Shown here one piece after another: positions 1 to 10,442 of a stretch of 64,000 nucleotides of DNA. Position numbers and translations under genes: made by a program. Location: positions 32,001-96,000 of the forward strand of contig CAWJKZ010000021.1 of assembly GCA_963843575.1 (NCBI GenBank), written 5' to 3'. This DNA comes from an uncultured Acidobacteriota bacterium (GTDB lineage Bacteria > Acidobacteriota > UBA6911). Numbering within the stretch: position 1 is the first letter of the stretch; each line of letters starts with the position of its first letter. The notes under the pieces are model-generated. The model was not told the origin of the DNA. It saw only the letters and a program-made list of their open reading frames with translations, and made no database searches.

Positions 1-1
1 G

Positions 2-343
2 ATCGATAGCCAGGACGTACTCTTCAAGTTCGGCAGTTCGACGCTCGACGATGCGGGACGCCTGGTGTTGGACGCCGTGGCGAAAACCCTGGCCGGCGAC
101 AGGAACCTCTTACTGGAACTGCAGGGCTACACCGACTCGGTCGGCGACCCTGAATACAACGTCCAGATCAGCAATCGCCGCGTCGAAAGCGTCGTGCGCT
201 ACCTGGTCGGGACCGCGAAGGTCGAACTGTTCCGGATCAGTGCGCTGGGACTCGGCGAGGCCAACCCGGTGGACGACAACAAGACGCGCGAGGGACGCGC
301 GAAAAACCGGCGCGTGGCCGTCCACGTGCTGGGTGTGAAGTAG
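2..343 (+). CDS. OmpA-family peptidoglycan-binding protein, C-terminal part (5' truncated by window edge)
   Basis: Frame is open from base 2: VLFKFGSSTL...LQGYTDSVG...YNVQISNRRVESV...GLGEANPV...GRAKNRRV are OmpA_C motifs. Confidence 0.9.
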   Translation: MDSQDVLFKFGSSTLDDAGRLVLDAVAKTLAGDRNLLLELQGYTDSVGDPEYNVQISNRRVESVVRYLVGTAKVELFRISALGLGEANPVDDNKTREGRAKNRRVAVHVLGVK

Positions 344-375
344 CAGGACCGAGCGCTTTTGTCAGATGTGCTCAG

Positions 376-1086
376 TCAGGGTTTGGTCTTGCCGGAATGC
401 CAGACGGACTTCTTCCGCCGCCTCGTGGGCTGGGATAGCAGCCCCGGGTCCTTCACGATCTCGCGGAGCAGGGCAGGCGGATCGCCGTCGGCGGCCTTGC
501 GCATGTCGCCCCCTTCGTCGCGGGCGATCTCGACGAGCAGGCGGCGCGAGACGATTGAGCGGGGTTCCCGCTCCGCCACATCCTCGGTGCCCGCCCATTC
601 GTCGCGGTGTTTGATGAGCAACCACGAGGCACGCTCCTGGCCCGGGCGAGGGCGGGTGCGCACCAGCACCCAGGATCCCCGGAGCTTCTTGCCGTGCAGC
701 GAGAACTTGAGGTCCCCCTTGTCGAGTGCGGCCTCGACGTCGTCCACCTCGGGCGTCCAGGTCCCCTTGTCCCAGATCATCACTGTGCCCCCACCGTATT
801 CTCCCTCCGGGATGATCCCCTCGAATGCGTTGTATTCGACCGGATGATCCTCGACCTGCACGGCGAGGCGCTTGACGGCGGGGTCACAGGAGGGGCCCTT
901 CGGTACGGCCCAGGAGAGCATCACCCCGTTCCGCTCGAGGCGGAAATCGTAATGCAGCGCGGTCGCTCGATGTTTCTGGACGACGAACGCGAGCTTCTTG
1001 CGGCGTCCGGTCGAGCGCCCTTCCTTCCCCTCGGGCTCCGAGGTGACATCGAACCGGCGCTTCTTCCGGTATTCCTGCAATGACAT
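376..1086 (-). CDS. Stand-alone LigD 3'-phosphoesterase (PE) domain protein
   Basis: YRKKRRFDVTSEP, FVVQKHRATALHYDFRLE, SWAVPKGPS, RLAVQVEDHP, YGGGTVMIWDKG, WLLIKHRD. Confidence 0.9.
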   Translation of the reverse strand: MSLQEYRKKRRFDVTSEPEGKEGRSTGRRKKLAFVVQKHRATALHYDFRLERNGVMLSWAVPKGPSCDPAVKRLAVQVEDHPVEYNAFEGIIPEGEYGGGTVMIWDKGTWTPEVDDVEAALDKGDLKFSLHGKKLRGSWVLVRTRPRPGQERASWLLIKHRDEWAGTEDVAEREPRSIVSRRLLVEIARDEGGDMRKAADGDPPALLREIVKDPGLLSQPTRRRKKSVWHSGKTKP

Positions 1087-1307
1087 CGTCTGCCGTGCCT
1101 CCCCCGCTCAAACCATTTTACCTGACATGCGCCGCCGCTGAAGCCGCCGAGGGAGACTTTTGAACGCCCCGTCCCAGGGTAGGGGATCGGGGTGGGACCG
1201 GTTGCGCCTGGCGCCGCAAGGAAGCCGCTTGGTGACTGGGCAGGGCGGTGCTACAAGTTTTATACGGTCCGCCGACGTGGTCGGAACCGAAGAAACGGAG
1301 GCAGGTC

Positions 1308-3453
1308 ATGGCGGAGTTGGTGTCGCTGCTCGCCCGAGGTGATATCGGCATCATCAGGATTGAGAATCCTCCGGTGAATGCCCTCAGCCCCGGTGTGCCT
1401 GAAGGAATCGTTGCGGCAATCGGGTCGGCGGCGAGCGAGCGGTCTTTGCGCGGCGTGGTTCTAATCGGGGGAGGGAAGACTTTCATTGCGGGCGCAGACA
1501 TCCGTGAGTTCCAGAAGATGACGGCGGGTGCGAGGGAGCGCCGGGTCGGACTGCACCCGCTGCTGTATGAGCTCGAGGACTGCCGCAAACCGGTGGTCTG
1601 CGCGATTCACGGTACTGCGTTCGGAGGGGGCCTGGAAGTGGCAATGGCCTGCCACTATCGCGTGGCTCTTGCCTCCGCCCGACTGGGTCAGCCCGAGGTC
1701 AAGCTGGGCCTGATCCCGGGCGCAGGAGGGACTCAGCGGCTGCCGCGCCTGGCAGGCGTCGCGCAGGCCCTGGAAATGTGCACCGGCGGCGGCGCGATCG
1801 GCGCCGCCGAGGCGCTGGCCTCGGGGATCGTCGATCGAGTCGTCGACGGCGACCTGGAGAGCGGGGCCGTGGCGTTCGCACGCGAAGTGGCCGACGGGGC
1901 GATCCCACGCAAGACGCGCCTCCTTCCCGGTGAAGCCGGGCGACGCCCTGGAAGTCGCGGCGCTCATCGCCGGCGCGCGCGAGCTCGTGCGCGCGCGCGA
2001 CCGCGGCAGGCTCGCCCCCCTGAAGGTGATCGACGCCATAGAGGCCGCCACAAAGCTGGACTTCGAGGCCGGCTGCGCCCGCGAGGCGGAGCTTTTCATG
2101 GAGTGTCTCTTTTCGGAGCAGTCCAAGGCGCTCATCCACGTCTTCTTCGGCGAGCGGGAGGTCTCGAAGGTCCCGGATCTCCCCAAAGGCACTCCCGTGG
2201 CGGATGTCCGTTCGGCCGCGATCGTCGGAGCTGGCACCATGGGAAGCGGGATCGCTATGGTCTACGCCAACGCCGGCATACCAGTACGGTTGGTGGATGC
2301 CGTGCCCGAGGCACTCGACCGGGGGATGGCCACAATCCAGAGCAACTACGCGGCCGCGGTGGCCAAAGGGCGGATCGGGGAGGAGGTGGCGGACGGGCGC
2401 CTGGGCCTCATTCGGGCCCAGACGGGATATGATGGTTTCGAAGCCGTCGACGTGGTAGTCGAAGCCGTGTACGAGTCCCTGGAACTGAAACGCCGGGTCT
2501 TCGGAGAACTCGATTCGGTCTGCCGGGCCGACGCCATCCTCGCCACCAATACCTCCAGCCTCGATATCGACCAGATCGCCGCGGCGACGGCGCGGCCCGA
2601 AAATGTCGTCGGGCACCATTTTTTCGCCCCTGCCGCCGTGATGCGCCTCCTCGAAGTGGTCCGCGGGACGGCTTCTTCCCCTCGGACGATAGCGTCTTCC
2701 ATGGCGCTGGCGAGGCGGCTCGACAAGACCGCCGTGCTCGTCGGGAACGGCCGCGGATTTGTCGGCAACCGGATGTACCACCAGTATCAGCGAGAAGCCC
2801 AGCTCCTCGTCGAGGACGGGGCGTCGGTGCCGCAGGTCGACGCCGCCCTCTACAACTTCGGGATGGCGATGGGGCCGCTGGCCACGGCCGATCTCTCGGG
2901 CCTGGACGTGAGCCGGCGCATCCGAAAGGAACACGCGGACGCGACGGCCACGAGCGGGCGCCAGCCGATGGTTGCAGAGCGCCTCTGCGAGATGGGCCGG
3001 CTCGGCCAGAAGACCGGAGCCGGATGGTATCGGTACGCGCCGGGAAGCAGGAAGCCTCTCGCGGATCCCGAAGTCGACAGGATCATTGCCCAGTGTGTCC
3101 GGGAGGCGGGGATTCCCCAGCGCACGATTCCGGCCGATGAAATCATGGAGCGCACGATCTACGCGCTCGTCAACGAAGGCGCGAAGATCCTCGAGGAGGG
3201 GATCGCGCGGAGGGCCGTGGACATCGACATCATCTACGTGCACGGCTACGCGTTCCCCGCGCACCGCGGCGGCCCCCTGTGGTACGCCGACACCGTGGGG
3301 CTGGACACGGTCTGCTCGAGGGTGCGCGCTTTCCAGGAGCAGTTCGGGGACCATTGGGCGCCGGCGCCGCTGCTTTGCAGGCTCGCCCGCGAGGGCGGCA
3401 CATTCGCCGGGCTCGACGGCGCCAACCCGCGGACCCTGCGCACGTCCGGATGA
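1308..3453 (+). CDS. fadB: Enoyl-CoA hydratase / 3-hydroxyacyl-CoA dehydrogenase (FadB-like), split by a frameshift near 1929
   Basis: NPPVNAL, FIAGADIREF, GGGLEVAMACHYR, PEVKLGLIPGAGGTQRLPR in ORF 1248; GAGTMGSGIA, ATNTSSL, GHHFFAP, GFVGNR in ORF 1930; GGAGG RBS before ATG 1308. Confidence 0.85.
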
Positions 3454-3612
3454 ACCGCTCACGCGCTATTCCAGCCGCCTGCAGGAATAGCTTTGCCCCG
3501 GGCCTCGCCCCTCCCTTATCCTGACCCCAACACGAACGGGGGCGAGGACGCACTAACGGGCCGATCTTGCAAGGGGAGCCGTACGGCCCCGCCACACAGT
3601 CAGGGGAGGGTC

Positions 3613-4086
3613 ATGAGCGAGGCTGCCGGGGGCGTCATCCACGTCGCGCTCGTCCGGCCCGAGATCCACCCGAACACCGGCAATGTCGCACGCCTCTGTG
3701 CCGCCAACCGCCTGCCCCTGCACATCGTGGGCAAGCCAGGTTTCCGAATTGACGAGCGATCCGTGCGGCGGGCCGGGCTGGACTACTGGCCCTATGTCGA
3801 CCTGCGGTGCGAGAGGGGCTTGGCGGAAATGTCGGCGGGCCTGCCGGACTCGAGGCTGTTCTACTTCAGCGCACGCACGGGACGACCCTACACCGAGGTG
3901 ACATACGCGCCAGGAGACTGCCTCGTGTTCGGATCGGAATCGCGCGGCTTGCCCGAAGCCCTCCTGGCCGAACACCGGGAGCACACGCTTACGATTCCCA
4001 TGTGCTCCCCCCACGTGCGCTGCCTCAACCTGGCCACCGCCGTAGCGATCGCCGTGTACGAGGCCCTGCGCCAGTTGCGCAGGTAG
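3613..4086 (+). CDS. trmL: tRNA (cytidine/uridine-34-2'-O)-methyltransferase TrmL (SPOUT)
   Basis: PEIHPNTGNVARLC, RRAGLDYW, VFGSESRGLP, IPM...RCLNLATAV; GGGAGG RBS. Confidence 0.9.
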   Translation: MSEAAGGVIHVALVRPEIHPNTGNVARLCAANRLPLHIVGKPGFRIDERSVRRAGLDYWPYVDLRCERGLAEMSAGLPDSRLFYFSARTGRPYTEVTYAPGDCLVFGSESRGLPEALLAEHREHTLTIPMCSPHVRCLNLATAVAIAVYEALRQLRR

Positions 4087-4139
4087 CACTTGGTTTTCCG
4101 CCGTTTCATGATATCAATCTGGGGGAGCGGAGATCCCCG

Positions 4140-5318
4140 ATGTTACAGACAGCGAAGCCGACAACGGTACCCGATCCGGATCGGGCGCGGGCGAGCACCT
4201 CATCGTCGCCGGCCCGGCAGCGACTCGAATCCCTCGACGCCTTCAGGGGCGCAACCATCGCCGCGATGCTGCTGGTCAACAATCCCGGCACGGGGAGAGC
4301 CGTGTACGCTCCGCTGCGCCACGCCGAGTGGCACGGATGGACCTTCACCGACCTGATCTTCCCGTTTTTCCTGTGGATCGTCGGCGTGGCGATGACGTTG
4401 TCGTTCGAAAAGCGGCTTGGTTCCGGCGACGCACGCGGGATGCTCCTGCGGCATGCCCTGCGCCGCTCCGCCGTAATATTCGCACTGGGACTTCTCCTGG
4501 CCGCCGTCCCACGTTTTGACCTGGGCGGACTCCGCATACCCGGCGTGCTCCAGCGGATCGCGGTCTGTTATCTGGCCGCCACCGTCATCTACCTGTGGAC
4601 CGGGATTCGCGGGCAGATCCTCTGGACTGCGGCGCTGCTGGGCGGGTACTGGGCCCTGATGAGACTCGTTCCTGTGCCAGGATACGGCCGCGGCGTACTC
4701 GACGTCGACGGGAATTTCGCCCATTACGTCGACAGCATCCTGCTGCGCGGTCATATGCTGGCGGCCAGGACTTGGGACCCGGAGGGGGTCGTCAGCACGC
4801 TCCCGTCCATCGCCACGACCCTGTTCGGCATTCTGACCGGACACATCCTGCGCTCACGACGCGGCGCGCCGGAAAGGACAGTCTGGATCTTCCTGTCTGG
4901 CAACGTGCTGATCGTCGCCGGCCTCGTAATGGACGCGTGGCTGCCCATCAACAAGAACCTCTGGACCAGCTCTTTCTCCGTCTTCATGGCCGGTATGGCC
5001 GCGAGCGTCTTCGCCGGCTGCTACTGGCTGATCGACGTTCAGGGCCTCCGGCGCTGGGCGAAGCCGTTCACCATTTACGGGATGAACGCCATAGCCGTTT
5101 ACGTCATGGCTGGGCTGCTGGCCCGGCTCCTCGGATACGCGACGGTCGCGGCCGGCGCAGGCTCGGCGATCACGTTGAAGGAGTACCTCTTCCAACGTGT
5201 ATTCGCCCCGCTGGCCCAGCCGGTGAATGCCTCGTTACTCTTTGCATTTTGCTTTGTGCTGATCTTCTTTGGGATAGCATATCTAATGTATCGCTTTAAG
5301 TGGTTCATAAAGGTTTGA
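4140..5318 (+). CDS. HGSNAT/NagX-like (DUF5009) membrane acyltransferase
   Basis: RLESLDAFRG, MLLVNNPG, HAEWHGWTFTDLIFPFFL, PGVLQRIA, WDPEG, PINKNLWTSSF. Confidence 0.85.
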   Translation: MLQTAKPTTVPDPDRARASTSSSPARQRLESLDAFRGATIAAMLLVNNPGTGRAVYAPLRHAEWHGWTFTDLIFPFFLWIVGVAMTLSFEKRLGSGDARGMLLRHALRRSAVIFALGLLLAAVPRFDLGGLRIPGVLQRIAVCYLAATVIYLWTGIRGQILWTAALLGGYWALMRLVPVPGYGRGVLDVDGNFAHYVDSILLRGHMLAARTWDPEGVVSTLPSIATTLFGILTGHILRSRRGAPERTVWIFLSGNVLIVAGLVMDAWLPINKNLWTSSFSVFMAGMAASVFAGCYWLIDVQGLRRWAKPFTIYGMNAIAVYVMAGLLARLLGYATVAAGAGSAITLKEYLFQRVFAPLAQPVNASLLFAFCFVLIFFGIAYLMYRFKWFIKV

Positions 5319-7115
5319 GCGCGCCGTCGAAGTCTCCCGATCCCCTCGCCGAGTACGGCAGCCGGCGGGAAGCGCGCAAAGCGGCGGCGGGGCGGCAAGA
5401 CCGGCTGCACCGGATGATCGGCAACATGCGGCTGGCGGTGTGCCTGTGTGCCGCCGCGCTCGCCTGGCTCTCGTTCAGTTACGCGGCGGCTCAGTCCGTG
5501 GTGGCTCGCCGCGCCGGCCGTGGCTTTTGCGGTGCTCGTCGTGGTGCACGAGCGGGTGGCGCGGGCGCGCCGCCGCCTCGAGCGGGCCGGCGAATTCTAC
5601 GAGCAGGGGATCGCGAGGGTACAGGACCGCTGGGTCGGGCAGGGGACGACCGGTGCCCGATACTCCGACGCCACCCATCCCTATGTCGACGACCTGGATC
5701 TGTTCGGCAAGGGTTCCCTTTTCGAGCTTCTGTGCACGGCGCGCTCGCGGGCCGGCGAGGACACCCTGGCCGAGTGGTTGCGGTCTCCGGCGGCTCCGGC
5801 CGAGATACGGTCGCGGCAGGAAGCCGTCGAGGAGCTGCGCAACCGGCTTGACCTGCGCGAGGACCTCGCAGTGCTCGGGGGGACCTGCGGACGGGTTTTG
5901 ACCCGGTGGCGCTCGCTGCCTGGGGAAGCGCCCCGCCGCTCTTGTCCTCGGCGCAGCTGCGGGGGGCGGCTGCCGGACTGGCGGTCCTGGGTGCTGCGGG
6001 CTTGACCCTCTGGGGAACGACGGGGGTTGCGGCCTGGTTTGCCGTTGCGGCGGCCGCGGAAGCCGGCTTCGCCTTATGGTTGCGTCCCCGGGTAAGGCGT
6101 GTCATCGAGGCGGTTGAGGAGCCTGGACGCGACCTGGCCCTCCTTGCGCAGTTGTTGAAGCGCCTGGAAGGCGAGCAGTTTCGCTGTCGGCGCCTAGTGG
6201 ATCTGCGCCGGGCTCTCGAGACGGGGGGCCAACCCCCGTCGGTACGCATCGCGCAACTCCATCGGCTTATCGTGCTGCTCGATTCACGCCGCAACCAGCT
6301 GTTTGCATTGATCGCCGGGCTGCTCCTCTGGGGAACGCAGTTGGCGTTCGCCATCGAGGCCTGGAGGCGCTTGTCGGGGCCCGGTGTGAAACGATGGCTC
6401 GAGGCGGCAGGGGAGATGGAGGCGCTGTGCGCCCTGGCCGGGCACGGGTTCGAGCAGCCGCGCGATCCGTTCCCCGAGATCGTGGACGAAGGGCCCTGTT
6501 TCGAGGCCGTTGGGCTCGGGCACCCGTTGCTCGCGGACGGCCGCAACGTCAGGAACGACCTCTCGCTCGGCAGCCGACATGAGAGTCCTGGTCATCAGCG
6601 GATCGAACATGTCGGGGAAGAGCACCCTGCTGCGCAGCGTCGGGACGAATGCGGTATTGGCTCTGTGCGGCGCGCCGGTGCGCGCCCTGCGCCTGCGCAT
6701 TTCGCCTCTGGCAGTGGGGGGCGCAATCAGGATCACCGATTCCCTGCAGGCCGGCAGTTCGCGCTTTTACACCGAGATCACCCGGTTGCGGCAGCTCGTC
6801 GATATCACCCGCGGGCAGCTGCCGCTGTTGTTTCTGCTGGACGAGCTGCTTCAGGGGACCAACTCGCACGACCGGAGAATAGGTGCTGAGGCCGTGATCC
6901 GGGGACTTGTGCAGCGGGGGGCGATCGGTCTGCTGACGACCCACGACCTCGCCCTGGCCCACATCGCCGAGGTGCTCGCGCCCCGTGCAGCGAACGTGCA
7001 TTTCGAGGATCGGCTGACGGACGGCCGGATCGAATTCGACTATCGTCTCCGGCCCGGTGTCGTGCAGCGCAGTAACGCCCTGGAACTGATGCGCTCCGTC
7101 GGGCTCGACGTTTGA
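5315..7115 (+). CDS. Membrane-anchored MutS-related ATPase (MutS domain V), split by three frameshifts (~5478, ~5890, ~6575)
   Basis: TTG start overlaps the upstream stop; N-terminal TM segments; HPYVDDLDLFGKGSLF; GHPLL; ISGSNMSGKSTLLR; DSLQAGSSRFYTE; LLDELLQGTNS; TTHDL. Confidence 0.8.
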
Positions 7116-7121
7116 GGTGTG

Positions 7122-7197
7122 TGGAGTGCGGCGCCTCGGCGCCGCTTTCGACCGCATCCCAGGGCCCAACTCCCCGGCGCCTCGGCGCCACCCCAAA
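7122..7197. repeat. REP-like palindromes (TGGAGTGCGGCGCCTCGGCGCCGCTTT plus a partial second copy)
   Basis: Hairpin GCGGCGCC-TC-GGCGCCGC between convergent genes; related copies at 39901 and 60945. Confidence 0.65.
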
Positions 7198-7248
7198 CCG
7201 CGACATTCCTGGCTGCGCCGCCTCTGCACTCTCGTGCTGCGGCGTCCG

Positions 7249-8427
7249 TCAGCGATCCAGCCTGTGCCGGAATGCGGCGATGCGTGCGAGGGCCGGTTCA
7301 AGGACGCCGCGGTCGGCTGCGTAGCATATGCGGACGGATCCCTCGCCCCCGGACCCAAAGGCCACACCTGGCGCGATGCCGACCTTCTCCTCGACCAGCA
7401 GCCGCCGGCAAAACTCGAAGGTGTCCTCCACTCCATCGATCCTCGGGAACAGGTAGAATGCGCCCTCGGACTGGGGCACCGCGACGCCCGGGATATCGAG
7501 GAGCGCGGCGCGGGCGAAGTCACGGTTCTCCCGCAACCGGTCGACCATGCGGCGCAGTTCGGGTTCGCCTTCGGCCAGGGCGGTCTCGGCGGCTTTCTGA
7601 GCCATCGAGGGTGCGTGGGAGACGATGAACTCGTTCAGCTGCGTAGCCTTGAGCGCAAGATCGGCGCGCGAGGCAAGCCACCCCAGGCGCCACCCGGTCA
7701 TGCAGTAACTCTTGGAAAACGAGTGCACCACGACGACGGCGTCGTTCCGGTCGCACTGGCGGAGGAGCGACGGGGCGACCGGCCCCTCATAGTACAGGCG
7801 CTCATAGACCTCGTCGGCGAGGAGCCAGAGTCCTCGGCTCCGGCAGAGGTCCAGGAGCATCTGCTGGTCTCTCTCTCGCGCCACCCAGCCCAGGGGATTG
7901 GAAGGCGACGTGTAGACGATCAGGCGCGTGCGCTCCGAGATGGCGTCGACGATGGCGTCGAAGTCGATCTCATACCGATCCTCGGTCAAGGGGTGGGGGA
8001 TTTCCACCGGTGTTGCGGAACACATGCGCACGATGGCGCCGCCGTTCGGCCATGCCGGCGTGAGCACGATCGCTTCGTCCCCCGGGTCCAGGACGCACCG
8101 TATCGCGACGTGCAGCGCCTGCACACCCGAGGCGGTCACGACGATTTCCCTGCCGGGGTCCAGTGTCACCGAGTGCAGTTCGCGGTACTTCTCGGCAATC
8201 GCCCGTCGGAGGGTGGGCAGGCCGGCGTTGGCCGTGTAATAGGTGTAGCCCTGTTCCAGGGCCCGGACCGCCGCGTCTTTGATGTACTGGGGCGTGGGCA
8301 GGTTGGATTCGCCGAAGTAGAGCTTGAGGACGCCGTCCATGGACATCGCGATGTCGGCGAGTTCTCGGATGCGGGACTGGGGGACTGCCGCAACGGAGCG
8401 GGCGAGAGAAGGCTGGTTGGAATTCAT
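7249..8427 (-). CDS. PLP-dependent class I/II aminotransferase (aspartate aminotransferase-like)
   Basis: YTANAGLPTLR, SPSNPLG, LLADEVY, SFSKSYCMTGWRLG, GAFYLF, PGVAFG. Confidence 0.9.
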   Translation of the reverse strand: MNSNQPSLARSVAAVPQSRIRELADIAMSMDGVLKLYFGESNLPTPQYIKDAAVRALEQGYTYYTANAGLPTLRRAIAEKYRELHSVTLDPGREIVVTASGVQALHVAIRCVLDPGDEAIVLTPAWPNGGAIVRMCSATPVEIPHPLTEDRYEIDFDAIVDAISERTRLIVYTSPSNPLGWVARERDQQMLLDLCRSRGLWLLADEVYERLYYEGPVAPSLLRQCDRNDAVVVVHSFSKSYCMTGWRLGWLASRADLALKATQLNEFIVSHAPSMAQKAAETALAEGEPELRRMVDRLRENRDFARAALLDIPGVAVPQSEGAFYLFPRIDGVEDTFEFCRRLLVEEKVGIAPGVAFGSGGEGSVRICYAADRGVLEPALARIAAFRHRLDR

Positions 8428-8689
8428 AGGTGTTCCGGTGTCGAGCGCCAGTTCACTCGGACGCCGGCGGCGCGTTCCCGGCGGGTGTTTTCGGCGACCC
8501 TCTGGGGCGGGCCGGCGCGCTCCCAGCCGGCCGCCCGCCAACTGTAGGGGCAGATGGGCAAAGAGGTCAAGCGTGAACCCCCCGGCCAAGGGTTCGCGCA
8601 AGAATAAGTTCACCTTTTGGCGCGAGCGCCGGGCGTGCAGATGCCAGGCGCCGTCAGCAAAATGTGGACATATGCTTGCGCGAACCTAA

Positions 8690-10379
8690 CCCGGATTATT
8701 CATCAGATCGTCGTAAATGGGGATTTGGCTGCCCGAGTGTGAGATGAAGACGGGGTATTCTCACTATGAGCAGTGGTTCATAGCTGGCAATTTGTGCTGG
8801 TGGCTCGATTCGGCGACAGCGGAACGCGCAACCAAGGGTTTCCGTGTGGTCCGTGCGTAGACTTCGTCCAGAGCGTGCGGATTGGCGGTTAACTTGCAGA
8901 ATATTCGGACACTTCATCCGGGCAAAGCGCCGGTCGCTTGTGCAACCCGGCGCCATGTTTTGATCCAGGCAAAGTCGGCGGGAAGATGCAGGACGATGCG
9001 CCGCACGGAGCTCTGAATCCACGCCCCCACTTTCAGCAGGCGTTCTCGGAGAGTGCTGACCTGTGCACTCTCGCAGCAAGTACCTGCCGCCAATCGGCGC
9101 ATCTCCTGCATCAGGACATAAGCAGCAGCCGTCATCAGAACACGCAGCTGGTTGGCCTGGAAGCTCGTGCAGCTGGTGCGGTCCATTTCGAGCCCTTGAT
9201 GAAGCTCCTTGATCCGATTCTCGGCATCGCCCCGTTCCCGGTAAATCTGGTAGACGTTGGCCGGGGTGTGCGGGAGGTTGGTGACAACAAACCGGGCGTT
9301 GTTTTTCGGGTCCCGTCCGGGATGGCGTACAACCTCGGCCTTGATGATGATACGCCGGCGACGGGACCACTTTCTGGCGGCATACCGGGTTTCACCGAAG
9401 ACATGCTCGGTCTGACCGGACTGACGCGACAAGATCCGGGCCCGCCCCATCAACCGCCGCGCCCGCTTCTCGAGCCTGACATTGGAACCCATGGCGACGA
9501 CATAGTCGACAGCTTCTTCGTCGAGGAAGTCGAGCAATCGAGGGTTGGCAAAACCTCCATCGAGCCGCACACGGATGCGGGTTTTCCCGAAGGCCATGCG
9601 CAGCAAACCAAGGATGCGCCGCAGAATGCCGACGGCTCCCAGGGCCGCCGGTGCATTGCCGGGGCGCAGGACGACGGTGAACAGGTACTTTTCAGGTTCG
9701 TCGTTGAACTGAAGCGTACCGACGACCGGCAGATAGCACCAGGTGTCGTAGTGCCCATTGAAGAAGCTCAGTTGCTGCTGCCCGTGAGTGGGATCGTCCG
9801 TAGGGTCGAGATCGATCGTGATCAGGCGAGCCTTGCCCCGGAGCCGGCGGGCATGATGATCGACGACGATGTCGGCGAGCTCGTTCCCCATTCGGACCAG
9901 ATCTCGATTCGACACGGAATTCTCAAAGCGCGAGAGCGTCGGCTGCGATCCGAGAGGATCGCCTTCGATGGGATCACGGTCAAGGATCATCTTGTGGACG
10001 GGGTCATGCCGCAAACGGCCGGCGTCGTTGCAGTCGGCGTAGCCGCAGGCAAGACCGTAGATGCGCTGGCGCAGCAGATCATGCACGGGATGCCAAACTC
10101 GCTCTGCCTCGCGAGTGTCTTCGATACACGAAGCCAGTCTCTCGGACAAACCGAGTCGTTGGTCGATAGCTTTCAAGAGAATGGCACCGCCTTCGGAACT
10201 GCTATTGTCCTGGTCGAAGGTCGCAAGAATGGGCTTGAGGAGCAGGTCGGGAAACAGAACACTCTGTGTGGTAAGATTAGCCATCGAAGAGCCTCTGCTT
10301 GCGTTGAGAATTTGTTTGGCGACAAGTTCTTATACGCATTCAGGGGCTCTTCGTTTCTATACCTCATGAATAATCCGGG
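8690..10379 (-). mobile_element. Complete IS1380-family insertion sequence (1690 bp)
   Basis: Perfect 14-bp terminal inverted repeats CCCGGATTATTCAT (8690-8703; 10366-10379) enclosing one transposase; lower GC than the flanks. Confidence 0.9.
8914..10284 (-). CDS. IS1380-family DDE transposase
   Basis: SSEGGAILL, LLRQRIYGLACGYADCND, SQPTLSRFEN, IDLDPTDDPTHGQQQ, LRPGNA, RLDGGF, YRERGDAENRIKE. Confidence 0.92.
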   Translation of the reverse strand: MANLTTQSVLFPDLLLKPILATFDQDNSSSEGGAILLKAIDQRLGLSERLASCIEDTREAERVWHPVHDLLRQRIYGLACGYADCNDAGRLRHDPVHKMILDRDPIEGDPLGSQPTLSRFENSVSNRDLVRMGNELADIVVDHHARRLRGKARLITIDLDPTDDPTHGQQQLSFFNGHYDTWCYLPVVGTLQFNDEPEKYLFTVVLRPGNAPAALGAVGILRRILGLLRMAFGKTRIRVRLDGGFANPRLLDFLDEEAVDYVVAMGSNVRLEKRARRLMGRARILSRQSGQTEHVFGETRYAARKWSRRRRIIIKAEVVRHPGRDPKNNARFVVTNLPHTPANVYQIYRERGDAENRIKELHQGLEMDRTSCTSFQANQLRVLMTAAAYVLMQEMRRLAAGTCCESAQVSTLRERLLKVGAWIQSSVRRIVLHLPADFAWIKTWRRVAQATGALPG

Positions 10380-10442
10380 TTAAGGTTCTCCGTTCCGATT
10401 TCGCGCGCATTTGCCGGCCGGATCGGCCGATATGTTACCTCG

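Noticed and set aside
1900-1950. Programmed ribosomal frameshifting in the split genes
   Set aside because: No canonical slippery heptamers, and these families are normally continuous; indel errors are more parsimonious
8696-9370. Second ORF (224 aa) inside the IS1380 element
   Set aside because: It overlaps the transposase out of frame and has no recognisable motifs
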